From: Thermoplasmatales archaeon
Lineage (GTDB): Archaea > Thermoplasmatota > Thermoplasmata > Thermoplasmatales > Thermoplasmataceae
DNA: 11,440 nt
Reading direction: 5' to 3'
NCBI GenBank assembly: GCA_027310185.1
Contig: DAIDBH010000005.1
Coordinates: forward strand, 1-11,440
In this document: in pieces, positions 7,660-11,440 of the stretch
Layout: the number at the start of each line of letters is the position of its first letter
How positions within the stretch are numbered: position 1 is the stretch's first letter
Position numbers and translations under genes: made by a program
The notes under the pieces: generated by a model
What the model was told of the DNA's origin: nothing
What the model saw: only the letters and a program-made list of their open reading frames with translations
The model's database searches: none

Positions 7660-9129
7660 CTGATAATCCTATCTATTGATTTTATTTCAGGCAAATTCCA
7701 TGCAACTCCAAGAGGGAGGAATGTCAACGAAGGCGTACCTGAAATAGCTCCATCTCCCTTTAGAATTATAAGAGCTATCATAGATTCATGGAAAAGGGGA
7801 AAATCCCAAGAAAATGGGGCACTAGTAAGTGCCACTCTTGAAATTTTGGCATCAAAGTTACCTGTTTATTCAATTCCACCCTACCGGAAAGCCTCTACAA
7901 GGGCATTTCTAACTCTAAAAACAAGAAATAATTTTGAAGGAAAGAAAAATCCTAAAACAACATCCTTAGTTTTTGATAATTTCATTGTATTTTTAAAGAA
8001 CCAGTCTAGAATATTTGTGAAATGGGACATTGATTTAAACAGTGATCAATTGAATGCATTAAACCGGATCGTATCCTGCATCAATTACCTGGGAAGAAGT
8101 GAATCCTGGGTTAGAATGCAAGTTGAATCATCAGAACCTCTGAATATAAATTGGAATTCATCGCCGTTAAACCTCAATGAACATAAGCGAATAAACAGTG
8201 TGAATCTTGCAGTTCCAGTTCCAAAAGACAGATATTCCCAGGTTGTGGTAGGATGGTTAGATGCAATTTGTATGCAAACTGAAGAAATACAGGAAAAAAA
8301 GCTTAGTGATTCGTATGGTGTGGAATATCAGAACTATTCTATTCCGGAGGAGTCAAAAGATGAACAGGAGTTCTTGCTGCACGAGCAAATGGCTTCAAAC
8401 GTAAATTATATTGAATATGGATTGGAATCTAACGTTTTGCCTTCGATAAAAGATTCAATTAAGATAGCAGATAGATTTCATATTTATGTCAATGGAATAT
8501 ACAGGAAACAAAATAATGGAAAGAATAGCGAGAAACTTTCTGGAAGGGATAAATTTGGCAATCCTCTAAAGGATCATAAACACATATTCATCATTCCTAT
8601 GGATTCAAACAGGGATGGATTGATAGATCGAATGCTGATAAAATGTAACAGCTATCTGGACGAAAGCGAGCTGGAAGCCCTGTTTTCCACAAGAAAATTA
8701 TATAGTAACGATACTGAAGAGGGAATATCACTTATAATTAGAAAAATTGGTGATAAAGATCAGGTAAACAATGGGAACAAATACAATACCGAATATTTTG
8801 TGAGTGCAACACCCTACATCACGAAGAGGCATTATAAAAGAAATAAGGGTAGTTTTTTAGATTGGATAAAAGATGATCTCAAGAAAGAGTTGAATCATCA
8901 CGGTCTTCCAGTTCCAGTTTCCATAGAAATTATTGATAGAGAACCCTTAACTGCACATAACTTCAGATGGTATGATTTTGAAACTTCAAGGAAGCAGGAT
9001 AAACCGTTTCATGGATTTGGTTTTAAGATTTCATTTGAAGAGCCTGTAAACAGTCCATTCGTTGTTGGCCACGAATGCCACTTTGGCATGGGATTATTTG
9101 TGTGCGATGAGGTGATAAAAAATAAATGA
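7660..9129 (+). CDS. csb2: Type I-G Csb2 (Cas5-Cas6 fusion, crRNA processing), ~489 aa, with a non-canonical start
   Basis: The frame is open back to TGA 7651 and holds the conserved N-terminus (IILSIDFISGKFHATPRGRNVNEG.PE..PSP.R) upstream of the ORF-track start at 7846. Also YLGRSESWV, H.H.F.IP, SATPY and the C-terminal Cas6 G-loop GHECHFGMGLF. The proposed start is CTG 7660. Confidence 0.92.
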   Translation: MIILSIDFISGKFHATPRGRNVNEGVPEIAPSPFRIIRAIIDSWKRGKSQENGALVSATLEILASKLPVYSIPPYRKASTRAFLTLKTRNNFEGKKNPKTTSLVFDNFIVFLKNQSRIFVKWDIDLNSDQLNALNRIVSCINYLGRSESWVRMQVESSEPLNINWNSSPLNLNEHKRINSVNLAVPVPKDRYSQVVVGWLDAICMQTEEIQEKKLSDSYGVEYQNYSIPEESKDEQEFLLHEQMASNVNYIEYGLESNVLPSIKDSIKIADRFHIYVNGIYRKQNNGKNSEKLSGRDKFGNPLKDHKHIFIIPMDSNRDGLIDRMLIKCNSYLDESELEALFSTRKLYSNDTEEGISLIIRKIGDKDQVNNGNKYNTEYFVSATPYITKRHYKRNKGSFLDWIKDDLKKELNHHGLPVPVSIEIIDREPLTAHNFRWYDFETSRKQDKPFHGFGFKISFEEPVNSPFVVGHECHFGMGLFVCDEVIKNK

Positions 9130-10792
9130 TATTGTTAGGGAGAATGAAGGTGAACTATTACCTGTAAGGATGTTGGATGAATATGTGTATTGCCCAAGGT
9201 TGTTTCATCTGGAATGGGTTTATAGTGAGTTTGAAGATTCAGCAGATACTATAGAAGGAAGATTTATACATAGAAATATTGATGAGAAGGCAGATTCATT
9301 ACCATCTCCAGAGGAAGGTATGGAGGATTTTTCTCAAATTAAGTCAAAATCAGTAACTCTAAGTTCAAGCAGATATCAAATAATAGCAAAAATGGATCTG
9401 GTAGAAGGAAACCAGAACGAGGTGTATCCAGTAGAATTCAAAAGGGGTAAAGCACCTGAAAGTGGACAGGATCCTTGGTTAAGTGACAAAATTCAACTCT
9501 GTGCACAGGCTATAATACTCCAGGAGAATGGATATAAGTGCGAGCACGGAGAAATATACTATCACAGTTCAAAAAAGAGAGTAAAGATTGATATTACTGA
9601 GAATTTAGTGGATGAATGCATCAAAATGATAGTTGACGCCAAGAAGGTTTCCTTAATAGACGTTTCGCCTGCCCCGTTAATTGATAGCCCTAAGTGTCCC
9701 AAGTGCTCGTTAGTATCCATATGTCTTCCTGACGAAACCAATTTAGAGATGAGTGAAGAAAAACAAATAGATGTTAGACGTCTGTACCCAGCAAGAAATG
9801 AAACCTTTCCTGTTTACGTAACAAAAAATGGATGTTATATAGGAAAAAAGGGAGATGAATTAGATATTACATATGAAGGAAAAAGTTTGGCAAAGGCCAA
9901 AATTATGGAAACATCGCAGGTTTTAATCTTCGGATACAGTCAAATTTCGACTCAGGCGTTAAGTGAACTGTCAAGAAGGAATATTCCCGTTTGTTATTTT
10001 TCATCAGGAGGATGGTTTAAGAGTATATTGACAGGCATGAGTCATAAGAATGTTCTTCTTCGTATTGAACAGTTCAAAACATATGAAAATCAAATAAAAT
10101 CAATTCAGATCGCGAGGAAAATGATATCTGGAAAGATTCGTAATTGTAGAACTATGCTGAGAAGAAATTCTATCAATAAGAATAAAAATGTACTTTCAAA
10201 ACTATCGGAAATCATTAATTCATGCGAGACTACAATGGACTTCCAGTCGCTTCTAGGATTCGAGGGAATGGCAGCTAGAATATACTTTCAGCATTTTAAG
10301 GATATGTTTAAAAATGAAATGCAGTTCGAATTTGAGGAAAGAAATAGAAGACCCCCTAAAGACCCAGTCAACGCATTACTTTCTTATTTATATGCAGTAC
10401 TCACATCTAATGTAATGGTAACCTGTCTATCAGTGGGTTTCGATCCTTATCTCGGATTTCTTCACAGGCCAAAATATGGAAAACCTGCACTGGCACTAGA
10501 CCTAATTGAAGAATTTAGACCTATTATTTGTGATTCTGTTGTTATTGGGATGATTAATACGGGAGAAATATCAAGCAAAGACTTTTTAAGCATTGGACCA
10601 ACATGTGCAATCTCATCTGAAGGAAAGAAAAAATTGATCAATGCATATGAAAGACGGATGGATACACTGGTTACACATCCAGTATATGGTTATAGTGTTA
10701 GCTATCGAAGAATAATAGAGGTTCAGGCCAGAATGTTAACCAGGGTTGTTACAGGTGAAATTAAGGAATATGAACCTTTTTGTACGAGATGA
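9122..10792 (+). CDS. cas4/cas1: Cas4-Cas1 fusion, ~556 aa; probable non-canonical start upstream of ATG 9170
   Basis: Cas4 part: YCPRLF, DLVE..PVEFKRG, QLCAQ and the CPKCSLVSIC Fe-S cysteines. Cas1 part: GFEGMAARIYF, RNRRPPKDPVNALLS, GFLH and LALDLIEEFRP. Conserved LLPVRML spans upstream of 9170; the proposed start is ATA 9122. Confidence 0.95.
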   Translation: MNDIVRENEGELLPVRMLDEYVYCPRLFHLEWVYSEFEDSADTIEGRFIHRNIDEKADSLPSPEEGMEDFSQIKSKSVTLSSSRYQIIAKMDLVEGNQNEVYPVEFKRGKAPESGQDPWLSDKIQLCAQAIILQENGYKCEHGEIYYHSSKKRVKIDITENLVDECIKMIVDAKKVSLIDVSPAPLIDSPKCPKCSLVSICLPDETNLEMSEEKQIDVRRLYPARNETFPVYVTKNGCYIGKKGDELDITYEGKSLAKAKIMETSQVLIFGYSQISTQALSELSRRNIPVCYFSSGGWFKSILTGMSHKNVLLRIEQFKTYENQIKSIQIARKMISGKIRNCRTMLRRNSINKNKNVLSKLSEIINSCETTMDFQSLLGFEGMAARIYFQHFKDMFKNEMQFEFEERNRRPPKDPVNALLSYLYAVLTSNVMVTCLSVGFDPYLGFLHRPKYGKPALALDLIEEFRPIICDSVVIGMINTGEISSKDFLSIGPTCAISSEGKKKLINAYERRMDTLVTHPVYGYSVSYRRIIEVQARMLTRVVTGEIKEYEPFCTR

Positions 10793-10796
10793 TACC

Positions 10797-11087
10797 ATGA
10801 GAGCCACCATTATAGTAACTTATGATATAAGCGACAATAAAAGACTGAGGAAAGTATTTATTAAATTGAGAGGTTTCGGAAATCCAGTTCAATATTCAGT
10901 GTTTGTCTGCGATTTGTCAGCAAAAGAGAAAGCATTAATGATTTCAGAGTTAGATCAAATAATTAATTATAATGAGGATAGATTGATGATTATAACTGTT
11001 GGTCCATCAGATGAAAAAACAGAAAGAAAAATAGAAATTTATGGGAAAAAAGTGGACATTGAGGAACGGGGGGCGGTAATAGTATAA
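10797..11087 (+). CDS. cas2: CRISPR-associated endoribonuclease Cas2, 96 aa
   Basis: Motifs IIVTYDISDNKRLRKV, GNPVQYSVFVC and EDRL. ATG 10797 lies 4 nt after the cas1 stop, with SD-like GAGATGAT. Confidence 0.96.
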   Translation: MRATIIVTYDISDNKRLRKVFIKLRGFGNPVQYSVFVCDLSAKEKALMISELDQIINYNEDRLMIITVGPSDEKTERKIEIYGKKVDIEERGAVIV

Positions 11088-11403
11088 AACTAATCACTCC
11101 GAACATACTATTATGATCAATCTTTCAACAGCCTACTGTTTTAAAGTGTTTTTGTTAGCATTCTTGTGAAAATTAATTTTTCGAGAGGCGTTGATCCCAA
11201 GAAAAGAGTGCTTTCACTCGAATCTCCTGGAAGCAGCCATCAGGTCAGTCCATAGAAGTCATAGTTTAGTTTAAGTTTGATCAAAATAAATTAACACACA
11301 CTCGCTCGATTAAAGTGAAAATGATTTTAAAATAAATCATCAAGATAAGCCATCAATTAGGTTAAAAACAAAGGTATTTATCCTTTATGTCAATACTTAA
11401 AGC
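11088..11403 (+). promoter_or_regulatory. CRISPR leader with a putative BRE-TATA promoter
   Basis: AT-rich non-coding 316 bp between cas2 and the first repeat. CAAAGG-TATTTAT at 11369-11381 ends ~22 nt before the repeat. Confidence 0.8.
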
Positions 11404-11440
11404 GCTATCCATGATTGAAAAATCATGGCCCTATTGAAGC
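11404..11440 (+). CRISPR. First repeat of a CRISPR array (GCTATCCATGATTGAAAAATCATGGCCCTATTGAAGC); the array presumably continues beyond the window
   Basis: 36-37 nt with a perfect 8-bp stem CCATGATT-GAAA-AATCATGG (11409-11428) and the 3' end ATTGAAGC typical of I-G repeats, directly after the leader. Only one copy is visible, so the 5' boundary is uncertain by about 1 nt. Confidence 0.88.

Noticed and set aside
3009-7835. Minus-strand ORFs inside cas genes (3009-3230, 3679-3867, 4643-5110, 5717-6013, 6269-6544, 6552-6878, 6961-7176, 7031-7237, 7303-7593, 7536-7835)
   Set aside because: Antisense shadows of well-supported cas genes with no recognisable motifs.
1738-10796. ORF-track starts at 1738, 4203, 6512 and 10746
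   Set aside because: These are longest-ORF extensions. ATGs at 1804, 4248, 6581 and 10797 fit the family N-termini, stop-start coupling and SD/TATA positions better.
439-11440. CRISPR-associated transposon or RNA-guided integrase system
   Set aside because: Cas3 nuclease motifs and the adaptation module are intact, no tnsABC/tniQ is present, and the recombinase is a divergently oriented pseudogene.

Overview
Most of the window (1804-11440) is a complete, apparently intact type I-G (formerly I-U) CRISPR-Cas locus on the + strand. The gene order is cas3 (helicase with C-terminal HD nuclease), cas8g/csx17, cas7/csb1, csb2 (Cas5/6), fused cas4-cas1 and cas2, followed by a ~316-bp leader and the first 36-37-bp repeat at the window edge. 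GAGGTGAT-type ribosome-binding sites and BRE/TATA-like boxes suggest an AT-rich archaeal host, possibly Thermoplasmatales-like (inference). To the left lie a decayed tyrosine recombinase, a small membrane-protein ORF and a ~700-bp palindrome-rich spacer, consistent with a relic plasmid or integrative element. The most unusual observation is that csb2 and cas4-cas1 both lack an in-frame ATG/GTG/TTG ahead of their conserved N-terminal motifs. Instead, CTG (7660) and ATA (9122) each sit exactly 5 nt after a strong SD sequence. The system class itself is known; any novelty lies in these details and in the context.
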